From the NCBI GenBank assembly GCA_963840855.1, contig CAWJBB010000045.1, forward strand, positions 1-43,566: a stretch of 43,566 nucleotides of DNA, given 5' to 3'. The notes below the pieces were generated by a model that was given only the letters and a program-made list of their open reading frames with translations, made no database searches and was not told the origin of the DNA. This document shows, in pieces, positions 27,261-36,488 of this stretch. The position numbers were made by a program, and so were the translations under genes. Positions within the stretch are counted from its first letter, which is position 1, and the number at the start of each line of letters is the position of its first letter. This DNA is from an uncultured delta proteobacterium (GTDB taxonomy: Bacteria > Desulfobacterota > Binatia > UBA9968).

Positions 27261-28718
27261 TCAGGCGCGACGCTCGAGGGTGATCGAGAATCCCGGCGTC
27301 TGGACGTGAATCTGCCGGTTCCTGGTGCGCTTCGAAAGCTCTTGCAGCAAATTCACCAGCGGTTGCTCCGGATTGAAATATTCGACGGGCCGCGGATTGG
27401 CGCGCATGGCGTCGATATCTTCTTTGCCGACGATCCAGCGGAGCAACAACTCCTCGTCGGACGTGCCTTCCGCGTTGAGCCGCTTGCGCATCTCGCCGGC
27501 GCTCGGTTCATCGGGTTGCCATTGCATCCATTCTTTTGCCCTCGGCCGGTCGAGAATCTTGTCTTTGACATTGGCGAGCATATCGCGAGCGCCCTCCGCT
27601 CCCGCATGCCCCAGCGCGAATTTGATCACTTGATCGGTGACCTCTTGGTAACGTTCGCCGACAATCACATTTATGGCCGCCTGGCTGCCGACGAACTGCG
27701 ACAGCGGCGTGACCATGATCGGATAGCCGAACTCTTCGCGCACGCGGATGCTTTCTTCGAGCGCCTGGGGAAATTTGTGCTCCAGGCCAACCTTGCGCAG
27801 TTGAAAGCGCAGGTTGGATAGCATGCCGCCGGGAACCTGATGCTGGTATTGGGTGTAGTCGTACTCCACCGGCTGACCGATGGTGAAGCCTTCGCGTCTG
27901 GCGATGGCGGTAAAGTGCCGAGAGACCGGCTGCAAGACCCCTTCGTCGATGGCGGTGGCGTAGCCCAAAGCGCGGGCGTTTTTAGCGACGTTGAACAGGG
28001 ACGGGTTGGAAGTGTCGTCCGCCAGCGGCGGCAGTGCGGTGTTGATATTGCGCATCCCCAGTTCCATGCCTTTGATGCAGCAAAGCGGGCCGAGTCCGGT
28101 GGTGCAGTGGGTATGCAGCTCGACTGGGATGCCGTTGGCATGCTTGTAGATTATCGGCACCAGCGTCTCCATGCGCTCGGGCGTCAAAAGCCCACCGGGA
28201 TCTTTTAGGCAAAGGCGATATGGTTTCAGCGACGCCGCCTGGCGGGCGCGCTCGGCATAGTATTCGTCCGAATGTTTCGGCGAAACCGAGTAAATCAGAT
28301 TCAAGATGCTTCTCATGCCAACGGAATGGCAGACGCCGACGCGAAACTTCCAGCCTTCGTAATCGTTCCATTCATCGGAAATGCGCGCCTCGCGGATGCC
28401 GTTGGCAAACATTCTTTCGATAAAGAGCCAATACATCGACGGCGGATTGTATTCGAAGGTGTTTACCCGGCCGGCGATCACCCGCAGCGGCGTCCTGGTA
28501 ATTTCCTTGGCGACCAGCCGCACCCGCTCCCAGGGGTCTTCCTTCAATTCGCGCACGGTTTTCTTGAGATGCGATCCGGAAATCAGTTCGATGCCTTCAT
28601 AGCCGGCGGCGTCAAGGCTCTTCGCGATGGGCAACATCATGCCTGTGGTCATGTTCTCCGCCCACAGGCTCTGATGCCCGTCGCGGATCGTGGTGTCGAC
28701 GAAGTAAATCGTGTCCAT
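27261..28718 (-). CDS. Pyruvate/oxaloacetate carboxyltransferase-like protein, paralogue 2
   Basis: Same motifs as 24710-26176 and collinear over the full length; GGAGG SD. Confidence 0.88.
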   Translation of the reverse strand: MDTIYFVDTTIRDGHQSLWAENMTTGMMLPIAKSLDAAGYEGIELISGSHLKKTVRELKEDPWERVRLVAKEITRTPLRVIAGRVNTFEYNPPSMYWLFIERMFANGIREARISDEWNDYEGWKFRVGVCHSVGMRSILNLIYSVSPKHSDEYYAERARQAASLKPYRLCLKDPGGLLTPERMETLVPIIYKHANGIPVELHTHCTTGLGPLCCIKGMELGMRNINTALPPLADDTSNPSLFNVAKNARALGYATAIDEGVLQPVSRHFTAIARREGFTIGQPVEYDYTQYQHQVPGGMLSNLRFQLRKVGLEHKFPQALEESIRVREEFGYPIMVTPLSQFVGSQAAINVIVGERYQEVTDQVIKFALGHAGAEGARDMLANVKDKILDRPRAKEWMQWQPDEPSAGEMRKRLNAEGTSDEELLLRWIVGKEDIDAMRANPRPVEYFNPEQPLVNLLQELSKRTRNRQIHVQTPGFSITLERRA

Positions 28719-28945
28719 GTCGCCTCCGGCGAATCGCAAATCTTACATCTCACATAACATGAAGCTGCTGAAAATTCATGAACTCCGGGCCCATCGGGTC
28801 GCTTGGTCAGGAGCGAGTTCAAGGATATTCAGTGTGTCTGCGACCGTGCCCGGCGAGCCGAATGTTCGTCGCTCGCGATTGACACTCCCGGCGCCAAGAT
28901 GGAACAATTGAAGGGCTTGGCAGGCGTGTGTCTAAGGAGACTGGG

Positions 28946-29584
28946 ATGGCTATGTTGATGAGTCAGGTCGTGGCGAAGAATTCCGGCGCGGCCTTTGAAG
29001 TGAAACGAGGTCAAAGGCTGCGAGTCGCGGGCAAGAGCATCGTCGATTTCGTGGCCTTTAACCTGCGCGAATTAACGGAGCGGTTCGATCAGGCGCGCAC
29101 CAAGACGAATCAAGTCAAGATATTCATCAGCACCGGCGACATTCTGTACTCCAAACGAAACAATCCGATGCTCACCATCGTCGCGGATACGTTCACCGAA
29201 GGGCGGCACGACTTACAGAAGGGCATGTGCAGCCGGAAGCGCTTCGAGATGGTGGTGGAAGGGAAGTCGACGCGGGTATTCGCCGAAGGCGTCGATATCA
29301 ATCCAAAAAAGGCCGAAGAAATTCCCGATCATGGTTGCTGGGAGAACCTGAGCAACGCGGTGAAGGCGTGGGATATCGCGCCGGACGATGTGCCGAGCCC
29401 GTTCAATATATTTCAGTGTATGCGCATCGACCCGGAAACCGGCGTCCTGTATGACACGATGATCCGTCCCAAAGACGAAGCCCATGTAGATTTCCGCGCC
29501 GAGATGGATTGTCTCGTGGCGGTAAGCGCCTGCCCGGAGTCAGGAAGGGGGCAGGCTATCCGAGTGGAGATATTTGACGAGTGA
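28946..29584 (+). CDS. DUF1989 / urea-carboxylase-associated family protein
   Basis: GQRLR, VDFVAFN, HDLQKGMC, HGCWENL, PFNIFQ, RAEMDCLVAVSACP; AAGGAG SD. Confidence 0.88.
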   Translation: MAMLMSQVVAKNSGAAFEVKRGQRLRVAGKSIVDFVAFNLRELTERFDQARTKTNQVKIFISTGDILYSKRNNPMLTIVADTFTEGRHDLQKGMCSRKRFEMVVEGKSTRVFAEGVDINPKKAEEIPDHGCWENLSNAVKAWDIAPDDVPSPFNIFQCMRIDPETGVLYDTMIRPKDEAHVDFRAEMDCLVAVSACPESGRGQAIRVEIFDE

Positions 29585-30634
29585 CTAGAGAGGATTCGGC
29601 GGATTAACACTAAATTTGCTCGCAAGCTTGATCAACTGCGACCAGGTTGCCTCATCGACTTCTACGCCGTTTCTCAGTTGCCGCTCTTGGTTTCTTCGGC
29701 CCTGCTCGCCGGGCAGCAAAACCTCGCTAAACCCCGGCGCGGGTTTGCGCGACTTGATGAAGGAGACCAGATCGTCGACCTTGGCGGTAAAGTCGTCAAG
29801 GGGCTGGATCTCTTCCACGGCGATGGCTTGCAGGAACACGCCGTTAACGCCGTGACCGCCTTTGTCCCACCAATCCCGGCTCAGGCCGTTGCCGCTGAAA
29901 GCGCCGGCAAGGAGCTCGGCGATGAGAGCGATGCCGGAGCCTTTGTAACCGCCGAAAGCTCGTAAGACGCCACGCGGCGGGTCGCGGAAGGCGTTGAAAT
30001 CGGTGGTGGGTTTGCCGTAACCGTCAAGCAAGACGTCCTCGGGAATAGCTTCCCGGCGCGCGATGCGCTTTTGAATTTCGCCCATGCTCATAGCCGAGGT
30101 GGCGAAATCAAGAATGATATGGCGCCCATTTCTGCCTGGTATTCCGAATGACATCGGATTCGTACCGGTCATGCGTTCCATCCCGCCGTACAAAGTCGTC
30201 GTGCCCGATCCGACGCTGACGGCGCCCATCGCGATCAAGCCCGCATCAGCGGCCATCTCCATGTAGTCGGCCAGCCGTCCGATGTGACTCGCGCGGCGGA
30301 GTGTTACGATGCCAGCGCCGTGCTCCTTAGCCTTTTTTATAGCGAGGCTCATTCCCGCATGAGCGACGACCTGACCAATGTAGTGATTGCCGTCGATCAC
30401 GGCTGTCAATTTGTGCTCGCGAAGGATTTTGGGTTTTTCCTCAAGCTTGATGGTACCGTCCTGAATCCATCCCAAGTAGGGCGGAACGCGCGTAACGCCA
30501 TGGCCTGGATAACTGCGCAGGTCGGCTTTGACTAGGAGTTTGGCGACGAGCGTAGCGTCATCCGGCGGCATGCCGCCTGCCGCGAGTAATCGTTGGCTGA
30601 ATGAAAGCAATGCTTCGTGATTGAGCCTGGGCAC
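29585..30634 (-). CDS. Ldh_2 family oxidoreductase (malate/L-lactate/ureidoglycolate dehydrogenase-like)
   Basis: ADLR...HG, SHIGR, GTNP, LDFATS, GGYKGSG, LPGE. Confidence 0.9.
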   Translation of the reverse strand: MPRLNHEALLSFSQRLLAAGGMPPDDATLVAKLLVKADLRSYPGHGVTRVPPYLGWIQDGTIKLEEKPKILREHKLTAVIDGNHYIGQVVAHAGMSLAIKKAKEHGAGIVTLRRASHIGRLADYMEMAADAGLIAMGAVSVGSGTTTLYGGMERMTGTNPMSFGIPGRNGRHIILDFATSAMSMGEIQKRIARREAIPEDVLLDGYGKPTTDFNAFRDPPRGVLRAFGGYKGSGIALIAELLAGAFSGNGLSRDWWDKGGHGVNGVFLQAIAVEEIQPLDDFTAKVDDLVSFIKSRKPAPGFSEVLLPGEQGRRNQERQLRNGVEVDEATWSQLIKLASKFSVNPPNPL

Positions 30635-30645
30635 GAAATTGCCTT

Positions 30646-31521
30646 CTACTGCTGCTTGACTGGGAAATAGCGCTCCAGCCAGTCGGCGACGATGCGCGTC
30701 AAGCGCTGATTTTCTTCATTGAACGTGAAGTGGTCTACGTCTGAGAGCAGATGAAGCTCCGCCGGTTGCCGTGCGCGCTTGAACATCTCGATGGATTCGT
30801 AGGTGGGCGTCACCGAATCGTTAGCGCTATGAATCAGCAGCAAGGGCCGCGGGGAAATATTGCCGACCTGGTCGTCGGCGCGAAAGTCGTTCATGCTCTG
30901 CGCGGTTTCCGCGGGAAATTCCATGATCGACCCGGCGCTCATGTTGCGCCGCAAACGCTCCGGGATCGGCACGATGTCGTAGCGCGGAACCATGAGCGAC
31001 TTGCCGGTGCGCTCGCGCTGGCGTTTGCCCTCTTCGAGCATCTTGGTAAATCGCTCCCATGCTTCCGGCGTCGGATGTTGGCCGCGAAATTTTCGCTCGC
31101 CGTCGCCCCAGCCGCCGCAGGAAATCACCGCGGCGACCCGCTGGTCGGCGCCGCCGGTAAAAACGGCGACGGCGGCGCCAAAGCTGCTCCCCACAAGTGC
31201 GATGCGCCGCGGATCGACCTCCGACCGCGTCGCGAGATAAGAGATGGCGTTGCGCGCGTCAGCCACTTGGTCGAGGCAGATTATGCGTCCATGCTCGCCT
31301 TCGCTCTCGCCGCAGCCTCTGAAATCCATGCGCAGCGTCACGTAACCCCACTGGCCGAATTGTTTTGCCACCACCGTTTGGCCTTGGCCATCCTTGTTGC
31401 CGCCGAAGCCATGCAGCACGATAAACGCCGGGCGCCGCTCGCCAGGACGCAAATCGTCGGGTTTGCGGAGGATGGCGGAAAGTTTTAAGCCGTCGGATTG
31501 AAAGGTAATGTTTTCTTCCAT
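30646..31521 (-). CDS. Alpha/beta hydrolase
   Basis: LHGFGG, DFRGCGESEG, GSSFG nucleophile elbow, ANDSV Asp, DHF His. Confidence 0.9.
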   Translation of the reverse strand: MEENITFQSDGLKLSAILRKPDDLRPGERRPAFIVLHGFGGNKDGQGQTVVAKQFGQWGYVTLRMDFRGCGESEGEHGRIICLDQVADARNAISYLATRSEVDPRRIALVGSSFGAAVAVFTGGADQRVAAVISCGGWGDGERKFRGQHPTPEAWERFTKMLEEGKRQRERTGKSLMVPRYDIVPIPERLRRNMSAGSIMEFPAETAQSMNDFRADDQVGNISPRPLLLIHSANDSVTPTYESIEMFKRARQPAELHLLSDVDHFTFNEENQRLTRIVADWLERYFPVKQQ

Positions 31522-31600
31522 GCTTATGCTCGCTTATTTTCGATAGGGTCCGACCGTCAGGTTCGAAAGCTCACGCAGCTCGGTTCAAGTTAGTCATTGC

Positions 31601-32422
31601 TCACCGGCTCATCTCAAAGGTCAGCAGTTGGCGCGGCGCTTTTTGATAGGCTGCGAGGCCGGCGCTTTCGCTCTTGCCGCCTTCCAGGGTCATGATGCGC
31701 GCGCGCACGGCGAATTTCAGCGGCGAGATGTCGAACGGATAGGGATCGAAGCGCACGGAGTTGGCCCCATTGGGCAGCACGCGCAGTTCCACGGTGTCGT
31801 CGCTGTCGTAGGAGACGCGCACCGGAGCGATCTTATATTCCTTGAACTGGTCCTCCGCAGCGTAACCGTCGGAGCAAAAATAAAGCGACAGCAAATCGAA
31901 AACTTGCAGCGCGCGGTAATTATAATCGAGCTCATTGGTGAAGCCTTGGTTTTCGCCGGCGAGCTCTTGCTTGAATTGCTCCTGTTGCGCTTCCAGCGCT
32001 TTTTTCACCGCTTGGACTTCGGCGCTCCGCTCCCGCAGCCTCATGGCTGGCTCGGTAAAGACGTTGTAACGGTTATGCCAGAGGCCGGTGCGGTGCATGG
32101 AGACCAGAAGGCCGGCGTAGGGATCGTGGGAGCGCACCCAATCGACGTTCTTGGCATAGGCCGCGAGCTCCACGGCTTCGAACGAAGGCACCTCTTCGCG
32201 GTGCGCGTAGGGGCGCCCTTTGGCGGTGTTGATCGGCGGATTGCCTTCGAACTCCCGGTATCCGCTGTCATGAAAAGTCGTGGCAAAGATCATTGTCTTA
32301 TAGGGCCTGAGTTGTGAGAAGTGTTCATTACCCCAGTGCGCGGCAAACTGCGCCGACAGCTCGGCATGGTCTTCCTGGGTGCTGACGTAGCAGCGCCCGT
32401 TTTTTAGCTCACGAATAACCAT
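31601..32422 (-). CDS. DUF3891 family protein (HD-like)
   Basis: QEDHAELSAQFAAHWGN, HDSGY, DPYAGLLVSMH, LQVFDLLSLYFC, DPYPF. Confidence 0.82.
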   Translation of the reverse strand: MVIRELKNGRCYVSTQEDHAELSAQFAAHWGNEHFSQLRPYKTMIFATTFHDSGYREFEGNPPINTAKGRPYAHREEVPSFEAVELAAYAKNVDWVRSHDPYAGLLVSMHRTGLWHNRYNVFTEPAMRLRERSAEVQAVKKALEAQQEQFKQELAGENQGFTNELDYNYRALQVFDLLSLYFCSDGYAAEDQFKEYKIAPVRVSYDSDDTVELRVLPNGANSVRFDPYPFDISPLKFAVRARIMTLEGGKSESAGLAAYQKAPRQLLTFEMSR

Positions 32423-32462
32423 CTGATCGTCTCCTTTCCCGCGTTCTTGGTTTTTGGCTCTC

Positions 32463-32500
32463 AACTCTAAATCTGAAACCTGAAACTCGAAACTTCGAAC
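32463..32500. repeat. 7-nt-period AACYTGA-type tandem repeat
   Basis: AACTCTA AATCTGA AACCTGA AACTCGA AACTTCG. Confidence 0.7.
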
Positions 32501-32507
32501 TATTTTT

Positions 32508-33731
32508 CTAACCCCACGGCCCTAAATACGGTTCGCCGAGGTAAACATTGCCATCGCCGTCTAGGCTCGCCGGCCAGTCGCTCATTTTGAGCGGCCTGCG
32601 TTGTTCCTTGGGCCTTGGCTTGCCGTCCCAGCCAATCTGCTCCATGGCACAATAAAGCTGGATCATGTGGCCGTCGGGATCGAGCACATGGGCGGCGCAA
32701 TCGATGCCGGGATGGAGCTCGGTGGGAATATCGTCCCTGACTTTTATGCCGCGCTCCCTTAAGAATCTGACAGCGTCATTGAGCTGGCGATAATTAGCGA
32801 GCTGGAGGCCGAGGCCGGCACTCTTCGTATGCGCGCTAAAACCCAAGATTTGGCGCAGCGCGATGGGAAACAGCGCCAGCGAGTGATGTTCCGTGTTGCA
32901 GCGCAGGAACAGGCAGCGATGGCCATGCCATAGGACTTCTTCAGTCAACGTGAATCCCAGTTTATTCCGGTAAAACGCTTCGGAATTCGCAACGTCGTCC
33001 ACGAAGAGACTGACCGGACCCAGGCGCACGATCTTGAAGGGTCGGGGCAGCAGAATCCCATCGACATCATAACTCGCCGCCAGATTATCCGTGTGCCGGT
33101 AGCCGCTGGTGGGATCGATTCCCCTTGCTTTTGCTTGTTGGACTTCGTCGAATTCGGAAATCTGCGGCAACTCGGGTGGTTTATCGAAACCACGGTCGTA
33201 CATCGCGCGCGGCTTGCTGTGACCGTTCCAACCGATCTGTTCGATGCCGTAGTAGAGTTCGTTGCTCTGGCCATCGGGATCGAAAAGATAGGTATGCCAG
33301 TTGGAGCCGGGCATGTCGCGCCCGGTGCGCTGCAGTTGGACGCCTTGGCAGGTAAACCACGTGATGGCGTTACCCACTTCGCGGAGGCTGCCCACTTGCC
33401 AGGTGATCTGGTTGATGGTGACGCCCGGTTTTTCGCTTCGCCCCAGAGCATCGCGCACGCGCTTGGGAAAGAGCACCATCGCGTGATGATCGGTGCCGTA
33501 GCGGGTGAAGTAACCGTTGGGATCGCCGAGCCCCGTGAGCTGTTCCGGATTCTTGGCCCGTTTAGAATAGTCCATCACATCGGAGACGCGAAAGCCGAGC
33601 AAGTCAATATAAAACCGCGCGCCGTCTTCCATATTGGAGAGATTAAAACCGAAGTGGCCCAGACGGCGAATCTTGAATGGCTGTTCCAGCAATACGCCGC
33701 CGACGTCGAATCTCTCGGTCGAGGCTGTCAT
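32508..33731 (-). CDS. VOC superfamily, extradiol-dioxygenase-like protein with internal duplication
   Basis: Two modules PFKI.RLG[HP]...[DE]HH...DPDG...EQIGW; AGGAGG SD. Confidence 0.82.
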   Translation of the reverse strand: MTASTERFDVGGVLLEQPFKIRRLGHFGFNLSNMEDGARFYIDLLGFRVSDVMDYSKRAKNPEQLTGLGDPNGYFTRYGTDHHAMVLFPKRVRDALGRSEKPGVTINQITWQVGSLREVGNAITWFTCQGVQLQRTGRDMPGSNWHTYLFDPDGQSNELYYGIEQIGWNGHSKPRAMYDRGFDKPPELPQISEFDEVQQAKARGIDPTSGYRHTDNLAASYDVDGILLPRPFKIVRLGPVSLFVDDVANSEAFYRNKLGFTLTEEVLWHGHRCLFLRCNTEHHSLALFPIALRQILGFSAHTKSAGLGLQLANYRQLNDAVRFLRERGIKVRDDIPTELHPGIDCAAHVLDPDGHMIQLYCAMEQIGWDGKPRPKEQRRPLKMSDWPASLDGDGNVYLGEPYLGPWG

Positions 33732-33900
33732 TACCACCTCCTAAAACTCACGGCCTCTCTATACAATCTTTTTGCGTCTCCAACAACGTCAAATGAAGAT
33801 TTGGCTTGCGTGCACAGGCGGGCTGGAATAAGACTAGAGAACCGATTTGCGGGAGTTGGCGCCCAGTTGACAGGGTCGTTCTGAACCTAGGAGGATTACG

Positions 33901-34755
33901 ATGGCGATTCAAGAACATCATGCCGAGGGAAAGATTTTCTGGCCGGGCGATGCCCGGATTGCAGTTCTGTTAAGCTTCGATTTTCAGGGTGGCGAAGATG
34001 TGAGACCCGATAAGAACGGCAAAATGAACCATGAAGAATATACCCAGGCGGAATATGGCCCTCGCACCGGCATTTATCGAATTCTGCGCATCCTATCGGC
34101 CAACGAAGTGAGGGCGACTTTTTTGACTTGCGGCGGCATCGCCGAACGTTATCCCGAAGCGGTGGCGACCATCATCGCCCAGGGACATGAAGTGGCCGGA
34201 CATGGCTATCACCATGAAGTGGCGCGGGATCTCACCAAGGACGAAGAGCGCGATGTGATGAAGCGGACAACAGAGATGATTATCAGCCGCGCCCAGAAGC
34301 GGCCAGTCGGCTGGCGCTCCTGCACCCAGAGCCCCAACAGTCTGGAGCTGCTTATGGAGCAGGGTTATCTGTGGAACAGCAACTCTTTTTCTCATGATCT
34401 GCCGTTCGTATGGCAAAACGGCAAGAAAAAACTGGTGGAGTTGCCGCGCCAGCCTTTCGGCGACGGCAGGACCTATGGCCACCGAGACTCCGGCAATCCC
34501 CAAGATACGCTTACGGTCTGGAAGGGAATGTTCGACCAGTTTTACGAAGAGTCCGCATTGGCGCCGACATTCTGTCCGTTCCAGTTTCACCCGTATATTT
34601 CAAGCCGACCGGGCCGGGCGAAAACGCTCGCTGAAATTATCCAGTACATGAAGTCCCATAAGGGCGTCTGGTTCGCCACCGGTAGCGAAGTGGCCCACTG
34701 GTGGCTGGAGAAAGGCTTCTCGGCAGAAACCGCGCGGACCGTGAAAGTCGCGTAA
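33901..34755 (+). CDS. Polysaccharide deacetylase (CE4) family protein, PuuE/allantoinase-like
   Basis: WP..ARIAV.LSFD, EYGPRTGI.R, HEVAGHGYHH, PVGWR, HPYIS.RPGR, VWFAT; no signal peptide. Confidence 0.88.
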   Translation: MAIQEHHAEGKIFWPGDARIAVLLSFDFQGGEDVRPDKNGKMNHEEYTQAEYGPRTGIYRILRILSANEVRATFLTCGGIAERYPEAVATIIAQGHEVAGHGYHHEVARDLTKDEERDVMKRTTEMIISRAQKRPVGWRSCTQSPNSLELLMEQGYLWNSNSFSHDLPFVWQNGKKKLVELPRQPFGDGRTYGHRDSGNPQDTLTVWKGMFDQFYEESALAPTFCPFQFHPYISSRPGRAKTLAEIIQYMKSHKGVWFATGSEVAHWWLEKGFSAETARTVKVA

Positions 34756-34817
34756 AAATAGCAAGGGCGCAGCATCAGCGGCGGCTGATCCGTCCTGTGG
34801 CGGATGCGGCATCCCTA

Positions 34818-35357
34818 CTATCTACCTCTAAACCAATAGCGGAGTTTTTTTCTGACTCCCCGCCCCAACCGTTTCTTGGTCTCGAACCAGAGGCGGAGCA
34901 GCCAGTTGCGGGACAACCAGGCCAGCGGCGTCGAGGTCGTGATCCACTGGTGGTTGGGTTCAAATTCGGCCTTGAACTTGCGGATTTGTAGCGTCTTGCC
35001 GAATTTTCTCTTGAAGATCGCTTTGACGCTGACGGCGTTGCGCGATTCGGCGAAGACCGTAATCGTTTCCACCGGCAGTAACCCACGCACCCGCGAGATT
35101 TTTTGCGCCAAGCTTACTTCGTTGGCCGCGCTTACTGCGACAACGTTGCCGGCAAAATCAGAATCTTGCAGCGTTGTCGCGACAATCTTTTTGCGCAGCG
35201 CGACTTCGCGGCCGGCATCGCCGTCGTAGCCCGCTACGACCAGGTAGGTTTTGTGCTTAGAGGTGTGCATCGACTTCTGCCACCTGTCCAGGGCTTTCTC
35301 CAAACAGATGCGCGACGCCTTGGATAGTTTCTCTGAGCCCAGCGAACCATAGGGCAT
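34818..35357 (-). CDS. Hypothetical protein, possibly a degenerate DUF218/YdcF-like fold
   Basis: 179-aa ORF filling the gap; YLVVAG and ITVFAE..N..SV.AIF pattern; start uncertain. Confidence 0.55.
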   Translation of the reverse strand: MPYGSLGSEKLSKASRICLEKALDRWQKSMHTSKHKTYLVVAGYDGDAGREVALRKKIVATTLQDSDFAGNVVAVSAANEVSLAQKISRVRGLLPVETITVFAESRNAVSVKAIFKRKFGKTLQIRKFKAEFEPNHQWITTSTPLAWLSRNWLLRLWFETKKRLGRGVRKKLRYWFRGR

Positions 35358-35422
35358 CGCTACTATTACGATGGAAATATGCCAGATCTCCTTTGCCGGC
35401 GAACGTCAGGACGGGGCATGTC

Positions 35423-36046
35423 TCACGGTTCGTAGATTAGCACGTCCACCGGCTTGCCGCCGACGGGGAGGTCAGGGCAGGCGCTGAGCGCTATAAGCAG
35501 ATCCATCTCCGCGCGCAGATCCATGTAATTGCCTTCTTTGGGGCGCACCTGGGTGTGTGCCATTTTTCCGGTGACGCCGTCGATCTTCATATGCTGGTTC
35601 AAGTTGAACGGACTCGGGACATCTTCCGGAATGATGCCATAGGACGCTACTGCGTTGGAAATATTTTCATAGCAGCCGTGATCGGGAATTTCGTCGATCT
35701 GTCGCGGATAGTATTCGCTCAGGCGGTTTTCCTGCTGAGCGAGCTTAAAGCGGTAGCCGCTGCACATGCCTTTCTGCAGATCGTGCGTCCCTTCCGTAAA
35801 GCCGTCATGTAAGATCGTCATCATATGCTGGTTATTGCGGCCCATGAGCTTGTCGCCGACGCTGAGAAATAGCTTCATGTTATAAACCTTGGTGCGCGGC
35901 TGGTCGAAGCGTTCGCGCAAATTTTGCAGCCGGAAGAACACAAAATCCACCGTCGTCGTCGCGATGATGCGAATGACCTGGCCCTGCTTCATTTCCGCCG
36001 ACCAGCCGGTGTTATGAGGCACGTGAGCTTCGAGAATTTTTTTCAT
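35423..36046 (-). CDS. DUF1989 / urea-carboxylase-associated family protein (second paralogue)
   Basis: HDLQKGMC, HGCYENI, PSPFNL, RAEMDLLIALSACP; GAGGAG SD. Confidence 0.88.
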   Translation of the reverse strand: MKKILEAHVPHNTGWSAEMKQGQVIRIIATTTVDFVFFRLQNLRERFDQPRTKVYNMKLFLSVGDKLMGRNNQHMMTILHDGFTEGTHDLQKGMCSGYRFKLAQQENRLSEYYPRQIDEIPDHGCYENISNAVASYGIIPEDVPSPFNLNQHMKIDGVTGKMAHTQVRPKEGNYMDLRAEMDLLIALSACPDLPVGGKPVDVLIYEP

Positions 36047-36077
36047 GGCGGTTCTCCTCGAAAACAGGGCGGATCAC

Positions 36078-36146
36078 AGCGGTAAACGAAACGGCGACAT
36101 CACCGGCAATCAACGCCTGTAGTGAAGGCGGCCCGCCGGCAATGTA
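36078..36146 (-). pseudogene. Small remnant of an NMT1/SsuA-like substrate-binding protein
   Basis: YIAGGPPSLQALIAGDVAVSFTA resembles LFRGGQVATQALVSGD in the intact SBP at 15825-16823. Confidence 0.55.
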
Positions 36147-36234
36147 TCCGCCAGAACGGCCCAGAGATGCATTACGCTGAAAATGCATGCAACGATGCTT
36201 GAATCGGTCCAAGGACCCTCACGTGGAAATGGTT

Positions 36235-36250
36235 TGGCATTTTGCTTGCA
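36235..36250 (+). promoter_or_regulatory. Candidate sigma54 -24/-12 element
   Basis: TGGCAT-TTTGC-TTGCA with exact GG-N10-GC spacing; no convincing gene directly downstream. Confidence 0.35.
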
Positions 36251-36274
36251 ACGCGGCAATCTTTTCGTAGGCAT

Positions 36275-36303
36275 TGTCTAAGTTAAATCCAACCTTCTGT
36301 CAA
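36275..36303 (-). promoter_or_regulatory. Putative sigma70 promoter towards the SBP remnant and DUF1989 gene
   Basis: TTGACA-17 nt-TAGACA. Confidence 0.45.
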
Positions 36304-36459
36304 GCAAACGAGCCGCTTGTAGACCGCCAAACCGCTTGAAATTTGGTGTGTTTCAATTATCTAGGGCCACCGTGAATGTTTTATCATCGGGCGCGGGTAA
36401 ACCGATTTGCGAGCGCCGATGTCCAACTTTGCATTGGCGCGAAATTCGTTTGGTTTCAG

Positions 36460-36488
36460 GTAGGGGCGACCGGCTGGTCGCCCGCTAC
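36460..36488. repeat. GTAG-family REP hairpin
   Basis: GTAG-GGGCGACC-GGCT-GGTCGCCC-G-CTAC. Confidence 0.7.

Noticed and set aside
28740-28945. Guanidine riboswitch upstream of the DUF1989 gene
   Set aside because: No ykkC-type conserved 3' motif or paired ACGR hairpins seen by eye; an Infernal search would settle it
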